The position numbers were made by a program, and so were the translations under genes. This document shows, piece by piece, positions 46,130-55,680 of a DNA stretch of 64,000 nt. This DNA comes from Planctomycetota bacterium. Lineage in GTDB: Bacteria > Planctomycetota > UBA1135 > UBA2386. Where the stretch lies: the NCBI GenBank assembly GCA_965223545.1, contig OZ245006.1, forward strand, positions 3,136,001 to 3,200,000, given 5' to 3'. Each line of letters begins with the position of its first letter. Within the stretch, counting starts at the first letter, position 1. The notes under the pieces were generated by a model that was not told the DNA's origin, searched no databases, and saw only the letters and a program-made list of their open reading frames with translations.

Positions 46130-46914
46130 GTTTCGACATGACCGACCTCCCCCACTCGCTCGAACGCCGCATCCACATCCGCGCACCGCGCGCGGTCGTG
46201 TTCCGCTTCCTCACCGAGACCACCGGGTTCGCGCGCTGGTGGGGCGAGGGCTCCAGCATCGACGCGCGACCCGGCGGCGCCGTGCGCATCCACTATCCCA
46301 ACGGCGTCATCGCCGGAGGCGAGGTCCGCGAAGTCGTCGATGGCGAGCGGCTGGTGTTCACCTACGGCTACGAGAGCGGCACCCCGCTGCCACTCGGGAG
46401 CACTCGAGTCACCATCGAGCTGCACGACGATGCGCCCGGGACGACGCTGTGTCTGCGCCACGAGCTCGGCGACGCCGCGCTGCGCGATGCACACCTGCCC
46501 GGCTGGAGCTATCAGCTGGCGGTGTTCGCCAACTTGGTGGCCGACGAGCAGCACGCCCGCGCGGACCGCGAGGTCGATCGCTTCTTTGCCAGCTGGTCGA
46601 TCCCCGACGACGAGACCCGACGGAAAGAGCTGCAGCGCACGGTCACCGACGACCTGTGCTACCGCGACCGCCACGGCCTCGCCGCGAGCCGGAGCGAGTT
46701 CGAAGCGCACGTCGCCGCGGTCCAACAGCACGTTGGCCGAGCGACCGTGCGGCGCGCGGGCGACGTGCACCACTGCCAGGGTCGCGTGTTGGCGCGCTGG
46801 GAGGCGGTGGACTCGGACGGCGCGCCCTTCGCGAGCGGCACCAACGTGTTCGAGCTGGCCGCCGACGGTCGGATTCGCGACGTCGTGGCGTTCTGGGACG
46901 CCCCGAATCGCTGA
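46126..46914 (+). CDS. SRPBCC (AHSA1-like) domain fused to SnoaL-like domain
   Basis: 'I.APR..VF..LT....F.RWW ... H..GW'; second domain 'FFASW...D...R...VTDD..Y.D'. Confidence 0.85.
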   Translation: MSFDMTDLPHSLERRIHIRAPRAVVFRFLTETTGFARWWGEGSSIDARPGGAVRIHYPNGVIAGGEVREVVDGERLVFTYGYESGTPLPLGSTRVTIELHDDAPGTTLCLRHELGDAALRDAHLPGWSYQLAVFANLVADEQHARADREVDRFFASWSIPDDETRRKELQRTVTDDLCYRDRHGLAASRSEFEAHVAAVQQHVGRATVRRAGDVHHCQGRVLARWEAVDSDGAPFASGTNVFELAADGRIRDVVAFWDAPNR

Positions 46915-46926
46915 CGCCCGCCGCCG

Positions 46927-47274
46927 TCAGGTGAGCAGGCTCGGCCGCAGCTCGCAGATCGCGCCAGAGACGAACGCGGCCGCGCGCTGCAGCGCGCGCT
47001 GGCGCGGCGCGTCATCGCCGTGCGCCTCCATCAGCTCGACCAAGTTGGTGCGCAACGTTCCGATCTTGCCCGACAGCTCGTCCGACGAGTCGGCGGACAA
47101 GGTCACCGCCAGCCGGAGCTGCTTCAGCGCGTCCGCTGCGGTGTCCACCAGATCCGGGTCGAGGCCCAGCTGCTTGGCCAGCGCGGCGACTTCCTGGTGC
47201 AAGGCGACCAGGGCGTCGCGCAACTCGCTACCGCTCATCGAGACCTGCCGCGTCGCTTGCTCCTGATCCACCAT
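46927..47274 (-). CDS. Hypothetical helical protein
   Basis: 115-aa ORF with typical codon usage; GGAGG upstream. Confidence 0.6.
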   Translation of the reverse strand: MVDQEQATRQVSMSGSELRDALVALHQEVAALAKQLGLDPDLVDTAADALKQLRLAVTLSADSSDELSGKIGTLRTNLVELMEAHGDDAPRQRALQRAAAFVSGAICELRPSLLT

Positions 47275-47314
47275 GTCTGCGGTGATCGACCTCCGACGGG
47301 TTAGAACTTGAGCC

Positions 47315-48703
47315 GTGCATCCCCTCCCAACGTGTGTCGCGATGCTCTACATCGCCGCCGTCCACGGCGCACCCTCGGCGACCGCGGCAGTGGCGCAGAC
47401 GCGGCCCAACGTCGTCGTGCTGCTGGTCGATGACATGGGCTACGCCGACCTCGGCTGCTACGGGCACGAAGTCCACCGCACTCCGCACATCGACGCCCTG
47501 GCGGCCGACGGGGTGCGCTTCACCAACGCCTACGCCAACGCACCCAACTGCGCGCCGTCGCGCGCCAGCCTGCTGACCGGTCAGTATCCGCCGCGGCACG
47601 GGATCTACACGGTGGGATCTCCGGCGCGCGGCCGCGCCGCCGACCGGCGGCTGGTGCCACCGCCCAATCGAACGGCGCTCCGGGACGAAGAACGGACCCT
47701 GGCGGAGGGCCTCGCCGGCCGCGGCTACCGCACGGCGTGCATCGGCAAATGGCACCTCGGCGCAGACCCGGCGAGCCAGGGCTTCGAGCACTGTGTCGCC
47801 GGCAACGAGGCCGGTCATCCGCGCAGCTACTTCAGTGGTTACGACAACCCCGATCTCCCCGATGGGCCCGAGGGCGAGTATCTGACCGATCGCCTCACCG
47901 ACGAAGCGGTCGCCTTCATCGACAGCACCGCGAGAGAGCCGTTCTTCCTGCTGCTGTCGTACTTCGCGGTGCACACGCCGGTGCAGGGCCGCGCCGATCT
48001 CGTCGCGTCCTATCGAGAGCGCTACCGCGGCCGCGGGGCCAACGGCCTGCGGCGCCGCGCGGAGTACGCGGCGATGGTGGGCGCGGTCGACGAGAGCGTT
48101 GGCCGTGTGCTCGACGCGTTGCGGCGGCACGAGATCGCGGATCGGACGATCGTCGTCCTGCTGTCCGACAACGGCGGGCACGGTGGGTTCACCACGATGG
48201 CACCGCTGCGGGGCTCCAAGGGCATGCTCTACGAGGGCGGCATCCGCGTGCCCATGATCGCGCGCTGGCCCGGCGTCACGCGCGCCGGCCTTGTCGAGGA
48301 CACGCCCGTGATGGCGCTCGACTGGACGGCGACGCTGTCGGCGGCGGCCGGTGTGCCAGCCGACGCCGACCGCCCCCTCGACGGCGTCGATCTGCGCGGC
48401 CTGCTGACCGGCGAGGCGGCGCTGCAACCGCGCGCGCTCCACTGGCACTTCCCGGCCTACCTGGAGGCCTACTCGGCGCGCGGGGGCCCGTGGCGCACGA
48501 CCCCTGCGGCCGCAGTGCGCATCGGTCGCTTCAAGGCCATCGAGTTCTTCGAGGACCAGCGGCTCGAGCTGTACGATCTGCGCGACGATCCCGGCGAGAC
48601 CCGCGATCTCGCGGCGTCTTCGCCGGAGCGCGCGGCCGCAATGCGGACCACGCTCGAGGAGTGGCGTGCGGCCACCGGGGCGGCGATGCCCACCAGCCAC
48701 TGA
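47315..48703 (+). CDS. Type I (formylglycine) sulfatase
   Basis: DD motif, CAPSRASLLTG, GKWHLG, SDNGG, 'KG.LYEGG.RVP', ELYDL..DPGE. Confidence 0.95.
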   Translation: MHPLPTCVAMLYIAAVHGAPSATAAVAQTRPNVVVLLVDDMGYADLGCYGHEVHRTPHIDALAADGVRFTNAYANAPNCAPSRASLLTGQYPPRHGIYTVGSPARGRAADRRLVPPPNRTALRDEERTLAEGLAGRGYRTACIGKWHLGADPASQGFEHCVAGNEAGHPRSYFSGYDNPDLPDGPEGEYLTDRLTDEAVAFIDSTAREPFFLLLSYFAVHTPVQGRADLVASYRERYRGRGANGLRRRAEYAAMVGAVDESVGRVLDALRRHEIADRTIVVLLSDNGGHGGFTTMAPLRGSKGMLYEGGIRVPMIARWPGVTRAGLVEDTPVMALDWTATLSAAAGVPADADRPLDGVDLRGLLTGEAALQPRALHWHFPAYLEAYSARGGPWRTTPAAAVRIGRFKAIEFFEDQRLELYDLRDDPGETRDLAASSPERAAAMRTTLEEWRAATGAAMPTSH

Positions 48704-48745
48704 CGGGGCATCGCGCGGGCACGCGCGGAACGGCACAATGACGAC

Positions 48746-50428
48746 GTGCCCTTCAAAGGCTTCGTCGAAGCGGCGTCGCTCGTAGCCCTCCCCCTGCTGG
48801 CAGCCTGCGCCACCTGCCAAGACCATCCGCTGTTTGCCCTGCGCGCAGACGGCCACTCCAGGATTCCGCGCGCGCACGCCGAAGCGATCGACGCCGCGCT
48901 GCGCTGGCTGGTCGATCACCAGGCGCGCAGCCCCGACGATCCGCGCCGGGATGGCCGCTTTGAAGCCGGCAGGTTCGAGCGGTGCTGCCCTCCCGACGAC
49001 CCGTGCGCCGGCGCGGGCAGTGTGACCTACGACGTCGGTACCAGTGCACTGGCGCTGCTCGCGCTCATGGCAGGCCCGTCCGGTCAACCCGGCGGGGCAC
49101 ACTACGGCGCCATCGAACGCGGACTTGGCTGGCTGGTGCGAGAGCAGCGCGACGACGGCGTCTTCAGCACCGATGCGGCCCACGATTTCATCTACGGCCA
49201 AGTGATCGCCACGCTCGCCCTCTGCGAAGCGCACGGTCTCTACGGCGGCGATCGTTGGGGCACCGCCGCGCGACGCGCCGTCGGCGACCTGGCCCAGCGC
49301 CGGCATCCGTACGGTGGGTGGCGGTATCAACGCAACGAGGACGGCGACACTTCCGTGACCACGTGGTGCGCGCAGACGCTCGCGGTGGCGCACGCGGTGG
49401 GTCTCGTCGACGACCGCGCTGCGCTGGGACCGGTCAGCAGCTTCTACGACCGGGTGACGAGCCTGGTCACCGGTCGGGCCGGATACACGGATGCGGGACA
49501 ACCATCGGCTCGGACCAGTCCCGACCACCAAACGCAGTTCCCACCCGATCTGGGCGAAGCGCTGACCGCAGCCGCCCTGTACGGGCGCACTTGGCTGGAC
49601 GATCGCATCCTGCACTTGTCCGTCTACGAGCGCGCGTTCGAGGCCATCGAGGCCTCGCCGCCGCGCGGGCAGCCCGGCGGCGCGGTCGATTTTTACTACT
49701 GGTACTACGGGTGCTACGCGCTCGCGTCGTGCGACCGCGGAGACGAATGGCGCGAGACCCTGGCTGATCTACTCCTGCGCCAGCAGCGCGACGACGCGCA
49801 CGCCGCAGGGTCGTGGGATCCGGTGGGCGCCTGGGGCGAGAGCGGTGGGCGGATCTACACGACCGCGATGGCCGCGCTGATCCTGCAGGCGCCGTTTCGC
49901 TACCATCGACCCAACCCGGTCGCGGCGCTGGCGGCGGAGAGTGGCGCCACCGACCTCGGGGGCATGGAACGGCATCTCGCGGGCGGGCGGGTGGATCGAT
50001 TCGCGGCGGCGCGGGAGCGCATGGAAGAACGCGAGGACCTCGATGCCGCGACCCGAGAGGCACTGCCAGAGCTGATCGCCATCCAGCAGCGCGCGGAGGC
50101 CGCGGGCCAGCGCGCGCTGCGCTGGCTGACCGACACGCGGCACTACGTCGACGCCAAAGAGGGCCTCGAGGAGCTGGCGGACGACTTCGGCGATCTCGCG
50201 CCGGGGGCGGAGGCACGGCAGGTGCTGGCCGCGTGGCGGCGTGATCCGCGCGTGCGCAGCGAAGTGCGGGCGATCGAGGACTTCCGCGCGCTGCAAGCAC
50301 GCTTCTCCGGCAGAAAGGCGACGGCGAGTGCTGTTGCCAAGGCGATGGAAGCGTTCCTGCGCAAGCACCAGGGCACGGACGCCGCCCGCGACGCCGAAGA
50401 CTGGCGGCGTGGCCTTTCACTCCGGTAG
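48746..50428 (+). CDS. Prenyltransferase/squalene-oxidase-repeat protein with helical C-terminal extension
   Basis: 'ALRWLVDHQ', 'GGWRY', 'DTSVT.W', 'DFYYWYYG', 'GGRIYTTAM..L'. Confidence 0.82.
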   Translation: MPFKGFVEAASLVALPLLAACATCQDHPLFALRADGHSRIPRAHAEAIDAALRWLVDHQARSPDDPRRDGRFEAGRFERCCPPDDPCAGAGSVTYDVGTSALALLALMAGPSGQPGGAHYGAIERGLGWLVREQRDDGVFSTDAAHDFIYGQVIATLALCEAHGLYGGDRWGTAARRAVGDLAQRRHPYGGWRYQRNEDGDTSVTTWCAQTLAVAHAVGLVDDRAALGPVSSFYDRVTSLVTGRAGYTDAGQPSARTSPDHQTQFPPDLGEALTAAALYGRTWLDDRILHLSVYERAFEAIEASPPRGQPGGAVDFYYWYYGCYALASCDRGDEWRETLADLLLRQQRDDAHAAGSWDPVGAWGESGGRIYTTAMAALILQAPFRYHRPNPVAALAAESGATDLGGMERHLAGGRVDRFAAARERMEEREDLDAATREALPELIAIQQRAEAAGQRALRWLTDTRHYVDAKEGLEELADDFGDLAPGAEARQVLAAWRRDPRVRSEVRAIEDFRALQARFSGRKATASAVAKAMEAFLRKHQGTDAARDAEDWRRGLSLR

Positions 50429-51322
50429 CGAGGCAGCGCGCACGGTGCGCACCAACGCGAGCGCTGCGGCGGCCGCCCGGCTCGCGCTCCGTCCGGGGGC
50501 GCGGATCACCGAGAGCGTCCGGCTCAGCTCCAGGTCGTCGATGTCGCGCGCGATCAGCCGGCCGGCGCTCACCTCCTCGCGCACGGTGAGGCGAGACAGC
50601 ACGCTGACGCCGTGGCCAGCGGCGACGAAGGCCTTGACCGCATCCGTCCCCTCCAGCTCCATCGCGGGTTGCAGCTGCATGCCTTTGGCGGCGAACGCCC
50701 CTTCGACGACTGCTCGGGTTCCCGAGCCCTCCTCGCGCGCCAGATAGAGCTCCTGGCAGAACGCGGCGGCGGTGAGCGGTGCGCCGCGCGCCCAATCGTG
50801 CCCAGGTGCGGCGACTGCCACCAACCGGTCGCGGGCGAACTCGCGCGCGCGCACCGCCGGATCGCGCTGCGGTCCCTCGATCAGGCCGAAGTCGAGCGAG
50901 CCGTCGAGCACCCGCGCCTCGATCTCGGCCGTATTGCCGATCGCGACGTGCACCGCGATCGCCGGGTGCGCCCGGCGCAGCCGGCGCAGCAGGTCGGGGA
51001 CCAGGTAGACGCCGATGGTCGAGCTGGCGCCGAGGGCGAGCTGGCCTTCGCGCAACTCGCGATGCGCGGCCAGCGCGTCCAGTAGCCGCGCGTGCAGCGC
51101 TTCGATGCGCTGGGTGTACTCGAACAGCAACCGACCGGTCGCGGTGGGTTGCATGCCCCGCGGCAGGCGGTCGAAGAGCGGTTCGCCGACGGCTCGCTCG
51201 AGGGCGGCAACCTGCTTGGACACGGCCGGCTGCGAGATGTGCAGACGCTGCGCCGCCGTGCCGACACGGCCGGCGGCAGCGACGGCATCGAAGACGGCGA
51301 GGTGGTGGCGGTTGAGGTGCAC
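50417..51322 (-). CDS. LysR family regulator (YeiE/CysL-like)
   Basis: HTH 'AAQRLHISQPAVSKQ', 'GASSTIGVY', 'REEGSGTR'; start trimmed to GTG 51322. Confidence 0.92.
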   Translation of the reverse strand: MHLNRHHLAVFDAVAAAGRVGTAAQRLHISQPAVSKQVAALERAVGEPLFDRLPRGMQPTATGRLLFEYTQRIEALHARLLDALAAHRELREGQLALGASSTIGVYLVPDLLRRLRRAHPAIAVHVAIGNTAEIEARVLDGSLDFGLIEGPQRDPAVRAREFARDRLVAVAAPGHDWARGAPLTAAAFCQELYLAREEGSGTRAVVEGAFAAKGMQLQPAMELEGTDAVKAFVAAGHGVSVLSRLTVREEVSAGRLIARDIDDLELSRTLSVIRAPGRSASRAAAAALALVRTVRAASLPE

Positions 51323-51331
51323 GGAGCCAAT

Positions 51332-51346
51332 ATAACTGTTGGTTAT
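51332..51346. promoter_or_regulatory. LysR recognition box
   Basis: ATAAC-N5-GTTAT perfect dyad containing T-N11-A, lying between the divergent LysR and exporter genes. Confidence 0.75.
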
Positions 51347-51412
51347 CTCAGATGTTCCCTGTTGGTCTTTGTGGAATGCCACGGCACCGCCGATGCTCCC
51401 TCGACGTTCGCC

Positions 51413-52336
51413 ATGTGCCACTTCGCAAGCTCCACGATCCTCGCCGGAACCATCTTCTGTGCCGTGCTTTGTGTCAGCCCCGCCGCGGCCCTCGGGCTCG
51501 GGGCCGCGGCGGCCTGGGGCTGTTCGGCACAGAGCGGACCGGGCTTCGCGCGGCTGCGCCAGCTCCTGCTCCAGGCGGGCGTCGTCGGCCTGGGGCTGGC
51601 CGTCGACCTCGGCGAGCTGGCCAGCGTCGGCGCGCACGGGCTCCTGGTGGCCGCCGGGGGAATCGCGCTCACCCTCGTGTCCGCCCGATGGCTGGCGCGC
51701 CGGCTGGGTGTCGACCCCGTCGCCGGCCTGCTGATCGGCTGCGGCACCGCGATCTGCGGCGGCTCCGCAATCGCTGCGGTCAGCGCCGCGGTCCGCGCCC
51801 GTCACGACGCGATCGGCACCGCCCTGGCGGTGGTCTTTCTGTGGAACGCCGTCGCACTGCTCGTGTTTCCGTGGTGCGGCACCCGGCTCGAGCTCGATCC
51901 CGACGCGTTCGGCCGATGGGCCGGTCTCGCGATCCACGACGTGTCTTCGGTCGTCGGCGCCGCGATGGCCTACTCCGAGGATGCGCTGCCCACCGCGACC
52001 ACGACCAAGCTGTCGCGCACCCTGTGGATTCTGCCGCTGACGCTGGTCGCGGCCGGCATCGTCCGGCGGCGCAGCCCGGACGCCAAACAGTCCAGAGTCG
52101 CGGTGCCCTGGTTCATCGTGCTGTTCGTCCTGGCCTCCGCCGTGCGGACGGCCAACCCGGAGCTCGCGGCGATCGACGGCGACATCATCGCCGCGGCGAA
52201 GGCCGTGCTGACCGGGGCGTTGTTCCTGGTCGGCGCCGGCCTCGACCGCCGGTGTCTGCGGCAGATGGGCTTTCGGCCCCTGCTGCTGGGCGCCGCACTG
52301 TGGCTGGTGGTGGGCGTGAGCTCGTTGTTGGTGTGA
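51413..52336 (+). CDS. YeiH-family putative sulfate exporter
   Basis: 'GTAICGGSAIAAV', 'AIHDVSSVVGA', 'TKLSRTLWI', 'VPWFI..F'; start uncertain (51371 or 51413). Confidence 0.9.
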   Translation: MCHFASSTILAGTIFCAVLCVSPAAALGLGAAAAWGCSAQSGPGFARLRQLLLQAGVVGLGLAVDLGELASVGAHGLLVAAGGIALTLVSARWLARRLGVDPVAGLLIGCGTAICGGSAIAAVSAAVRARHDAIGTALAVVFLWNAVALLVFPWCGTRLELDPDAFGRWAGLAIHDVSSVVGAAMAYSEDALPTATTTKLSRTLWILPLTLVAAGIVRRRSPDAKQSRVAVPWFIVLFVLASAVRTANPELAAIDGDIIAAAKAVLTGALFLVGAGLDRRCLRQMGFRPLLLGAALWLVVGVSSLLV

Positions 52337-52361
52337 GCGCGGGCGGCGGATTGCGGCGCGG

Positions 52362-52392
52362 AGCGAGAAAATCGAGCCGGACTCCGTACTTT
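52362..52392 (+). promoter_or_regulatory. Promoter-region motif, copy 2
   Basis: Same 23-mer as at 12620, then TACTTT 6 nt before ATG 52399. Confidence 0.6.
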
Positions 52393-52398
52393 CGCGGG

Positions 52399-53511
52399 AT
52401 GCGGATTCTGCTGGTGGCTCTGTTCTTGTCGGGGGCATTGGGGGCGCAGCGGGGAGGCGCCGAGCCGGCCGACACCGACAACGTCAAGCGCTTCGCCCTG
52501 CAGTCGCGCTTGTTGACCGAATTCTGGGGGCGGGCGCAGGAGATGCGTGCGGGCGTCGTGCTGCCTCCCGACCACCGCACAGACGAGCGTCTGCCCGTGT
52601 GCTACTCGATCCACGGCTTCGGCGGCTCGCACCGCTCCGCGTGGCGCGTCGGGCCGCGGCTGGTCGAGGCGATGGCTACGTCCGACTACCCGCGCATGCT
52701 GTACGTATTCCTCGACGCGAGCTGTCCGCTCGGCCACCACGTGTTCGCCGACTCGGTGAACAACGGACCCGTGGGCCGCGCGCTGATCGAGGAGCTGATT
52801 CCGGCCCTCGAAGCCGAGTACGGGGGGTGGGGCGCAGCCGAGGGTCGCTTCTTGACCGGTCACTCGAGCGGCGGCTGGAGCAGCCTGTGGCTGCAGGTCA
52901 CGTACCCCGATCAGTTCGGCGGCGTGTGGTCCACGGCGCCGGACTCCGTCGACTTCCGCGATTTCACCGGCATCGACGTGTACCGGTTCGACAACGCCTA
53001 CCAGACGCCGGACGGCGAGACGATCCAGCTGGTGCGGCGCGACGGCGAGTGGGTGATGTCGCTGAAGGAGTTCGCCCAGCGCGAAGTGCAGCGCCGGGCG
53101 TACGGCGGCCAGTTTGCCAGCTTCGACGCGGTCTTCAGCCCGCGCGGCGAGGACGGGCGCCCGCTGCCGATGTTCGACCGCGACACGGGGGCGATCGACG
53201 CAGACGTCGCCCTGGCCTGGCAGAAGTACGACATCACCAAGGTGGTGCAGCGCGACTGGTCCCGCCTGCAGTCGGCGCTCGCCGGCAAGGTGCGCGTCTA
53301 CATGGGGACGCTGGACACGTTCCGGCTCGAAGGGGCTCTGTATCTGTTCGACGCGGCGACGCGTGAGCTCGGCGCCGACTTCGAGATCGTGTTCGCCGAG
53401 GGCCGCGACCACGGCTCTGTGCTGCGCAGCCATGAGCTGTGGCCGAACGGCTTGATCGAGCACATCCACCGACAGATGCACGAGCGCTTCGCGCAGGTTC
53501 GCCCGCGTTGA
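52399..53511 (+). CDS. Secreted alpha/beta-hydrolase (putative esterase family)
   Basis: Signal peptide; 'HGFGG', 'DSVNNGP', GHSSGG nucleophile elbow, 'GRDH'. Confidence 0.88.
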   Translation: MRILLVALFLSGALGAQRGGAEPADTDNVKRFALQSRLLTEFWGRAQEMRAGVVLPPDHRTDERLPVCYSIHGFGGSHRSAWRVGPRLVEAMATSDYPRMLYVFLDASCPLGHHVFADSVNNGPVGRALIEELIPALEAEYGGWGAAEGRFLTGHSSGGWSSLWLQVTYPDQFGGVWSTAPDSVDFRDFTGIDVYRFDNAYQTPDGETIQLVRRDGEWVMSLKEFAQREVQRRAYGGQFASFDAVFSPRGEDGRPLPMFDRDTGAIDADVALAWQKYDITKVVQRDWSRLQSALAGKVRVYMGTLDTFRLEGALYLFDAATRELGADFEIVFAEGRDHGSVLRSHELWPNGLIEHIHRQMHERFAQVRPR

Positions 53512-55076
53512 CACCCCACGCCGCCTCGGTCGGTGTGCGCTGGTGGCCGGCGGCGTTGATCGCGGGCAGTGCGCTCCTCGCGATCGCGGTGCTCCAGCTC
53601 GGTGAGACGGACAACCAGCAGCGCGCCAACGTGCACAGCCTGGGCGTGGCCGCGCTTGCCGGAGCGTTGTTGTTGGTCTGGTTCGCGCTGTTCTCGCGCT
53701 GCTCGCGTCGCCTCCGGCTGCGATCCCTGGCCGGGCTGGCGGCCACAGGGGTCATCGCCTTCGCATCGCTGCGGGTGCGCGGCGTGACCGGCGACCTGCT
53801 GCCGATCTTCGAGTGGCGCTGGTCCACCCCCGCCGACGCACCGAATCCTCCGCCCCAAGCCGCCGTCACGGACGCGGAACGCACCGCCGAGATCGCCGGC
53901 CTGGCCGACTTTCCACAGTTCCTCGGCCCGGCGCGCAACGGTGTCCTGGGCGGCCCACGACTGGCGCGCGACTGGGCCGCGCAACCGCCCGAGCTTCTGT
54001 GGAGGCGCGCGACGGGCGCGGGCTGGTCGGGCTTCGCGGTCGCTCGCCACCGCGCGATCACCCAGGAGCAGGACGGCGACCACGAGGCCGTGGTCTGCTA
54101 CGACATCGGCACCGGCACCGAGCTCTGGCGCCACCGGCACCGCGCCCACTTCGCGTCGGCGGTGGGCGGCGACGGCCCCCGCGCCACCCCCACCATCGAT
54201 GTCGACCGGGTCTTTGCGCAGGGCGCGACCGGCGTGCTGCGCTGCCTCGCACTCGACACCGGCGCGCTGCTGTGGTCGCGCGATGTCGTCGCCGAGCACG
54301 GCGGCACCGTGCCCGAGTGGGGAGTCTCCGCCTCGCCGCTGGTATTGGCGGAGGCCGCTCCCGCGCACAGTCGCGTGTTCACGGCAGCCGGCGGACCGCA
54401 GCGATCCCTGGTGGCCCTGGCAGCCGACACGGGCGCGACGCTGTTCGGCGGCGGCGGCGATCCGGCACACTACTCCTCGCCGGTGCTCGCCCACCTCGCC
54501 GGACGAAGCCAGATCCTGCTGTTCAACGCCGAGGCCGTCGCCGCGCACGACCCCGGCGACGGCCGCGTGTTGTGGCGGTTCCCGTGGCGCCCCGGACACC
54601 CGCACGTCAGCCAACCGGTGCCAGTGGGCAACGACCGGGTGCTGGTGTCCAGCGGCTACGGCACCGGTGCCGCGCTGCTCCGCGTCACGCGCCGCGCTGA
54701 CGGCCTGGCCGTCGAACCCGTGTGGAAGAGCCGGGCGATGAAGGCGAAGTTCACCAACCTGATCGTCATCGACGATCACGTCTACGGACTGGACGACGGA
54801 ATTCTGGCCTGCGTCGCGCTGTCCAACGGCAAACGCGTCTGGAAGCGAGGTCGCTACGGGCACGGCCAAGTGCTGCGCGTCGGCGATCTGTTGCTGATCA
54901 ACACCGAGTACGGCGACGTCGTCCTCGTCGATCCGTCCACCGAGGGGCTGGTCGAACTCGGCCACTTCTCGGCCCTCGAGGGAAAGACCTGGAACCCCCC
55001 CGCGCTCGCCGGCACCCTGCTCCTGGTGCGCAGCGACACCGAAACCGCTTGCTATCGCCTCCCCACCGAACCGTGA
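53508..55076 (+). CDS. PQQ-binding-like (BamB-type) beta-propeller membrane protein
   Basis: N-terminal TMs; 'FPQFLGP.RNG', 'GPRATP', repeated 'D..TG..LW', 'YSSP', 'TWNPP'. Confidence 0.88.
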   Translation: MTPHAASVGVRWWPAALIAGSALLAIAVLQLGETDNQQRANVHSLGVAALAGALLLVWFALFSRCSRRLRLRSLAGLAATGVIAFASLRVRGVTGDLLPIFEWRWSTPADAPNPPPQAAVTDAERTAEIAGLADFPQFLGPARNGVLGGPRLARDWAAQPPELLWRRATGAGWSGFAVARHRAITQEQDGDHEAVVCYDIGTGTELWRHRHRAHFASAVGGDGPRATPTIDVDRVFAQGATGVLRCLALDTGALLWSRDVVAEHGGTVPEWGVSASPLVLAEAAPAHSRVFTAAGGPQRSLVALAADTGATLFGGGGDPAHYSSPVLAHLAGRSQILLFNAEAVAAHDPGDGRVLWRFPWRPGHPHVSQPVPVGNDRVLVSSGYGTGAALLRVTRRADGLAVEPVWKSRAMKAKFTNLIVIDDHVYGLDDGILACVALSNGKRVWKRGRYGHGQVLRVGDLLLINTEYGDVVLVDPSTEGLVELGHFSALEGKTWNPPALAGTLLLVRSDTETACYRLPTEP

Positions 55077-55678
55077 TACTGCTGTACGACCACCCCGAAT
55101 CGGGCAACTGCTACAAGGTCCGCCTCCTGCTGGCGCAGTTGGGCATTCCGTTCGAGACGCAGACGGTCTCGGTCACCGGCGACCGCGATGCGCAGCGCGG
55201 CGAGACGTTCTTCGCACGCAACCCCATCGGCAAGATCCCGACGGTCGTCTTGGACGATGGCACCGTGCTCGCCGAGTCCACGGCGATTCTGTGGTACTTC
55301 GCCGAAGGCACGCCGCTGCTGCCAGCCGACCGGCTCGGCCGAGCGCGCGTACTGCAGTGGATGGCGTTCGAGCAGAACAATCACGAGCCGAACATCGCGA
55401 CGGCGCGCCACGCGGTCTCGCTGTCGGACGAGCAACCCGGTGAGGCGCAGCTCGCCGCGTGGCGTGCCGGGGGCAACCGCGCGCTGCGGGTCATGGAGCG
55501 CCACCTGCAGGGCAACGACTGGTTTGCCGCCGGCACCTACGGAATCGCCGACATCGCGCTGTACGCATACACGCACGTCGCCGAAGAGGGCCCGTTCGAG
55601 CTGGCCCCGTATCCCTCGGTGCAAGCCTGGCTGCAGCGGGTCGCCGACCGGCCCGGCCACGTCCCCCTCCGGCCGTGA
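55073..55678 (+). CDS. Glutathione S-transferase family protein
   Basis: SGNCYKVRL, 'NP.GKIP', 'ESTAIL', 'IADIALYAYTH'. Confidence 0.92.
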   Translation: MILLYDHPESGNCYKVRLLLAQLGIPFETQTVSVTGDRDAQRGETFFARNPIGKIPTVVLDDGTVLAESTAILWYFAEGTPLLPADRLGRARVLQWMAFEQNNHEPNIATARHAVSLSDEQPGEAQLAAWRAGGNRALRVMERHLQGNDWFAAGTYGIADIALYAYTHVAEEGPFELAPYPSVQAWLQRVADRPGHVPLRP

Positions 55679-55680
55679 CG

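Noticed and set aside
51323..52438. Long N-terminal extension on the LysR ORF
   Set aside because: Antisense shadow of the YeiH gene; the LysR HTH starts at 51322.
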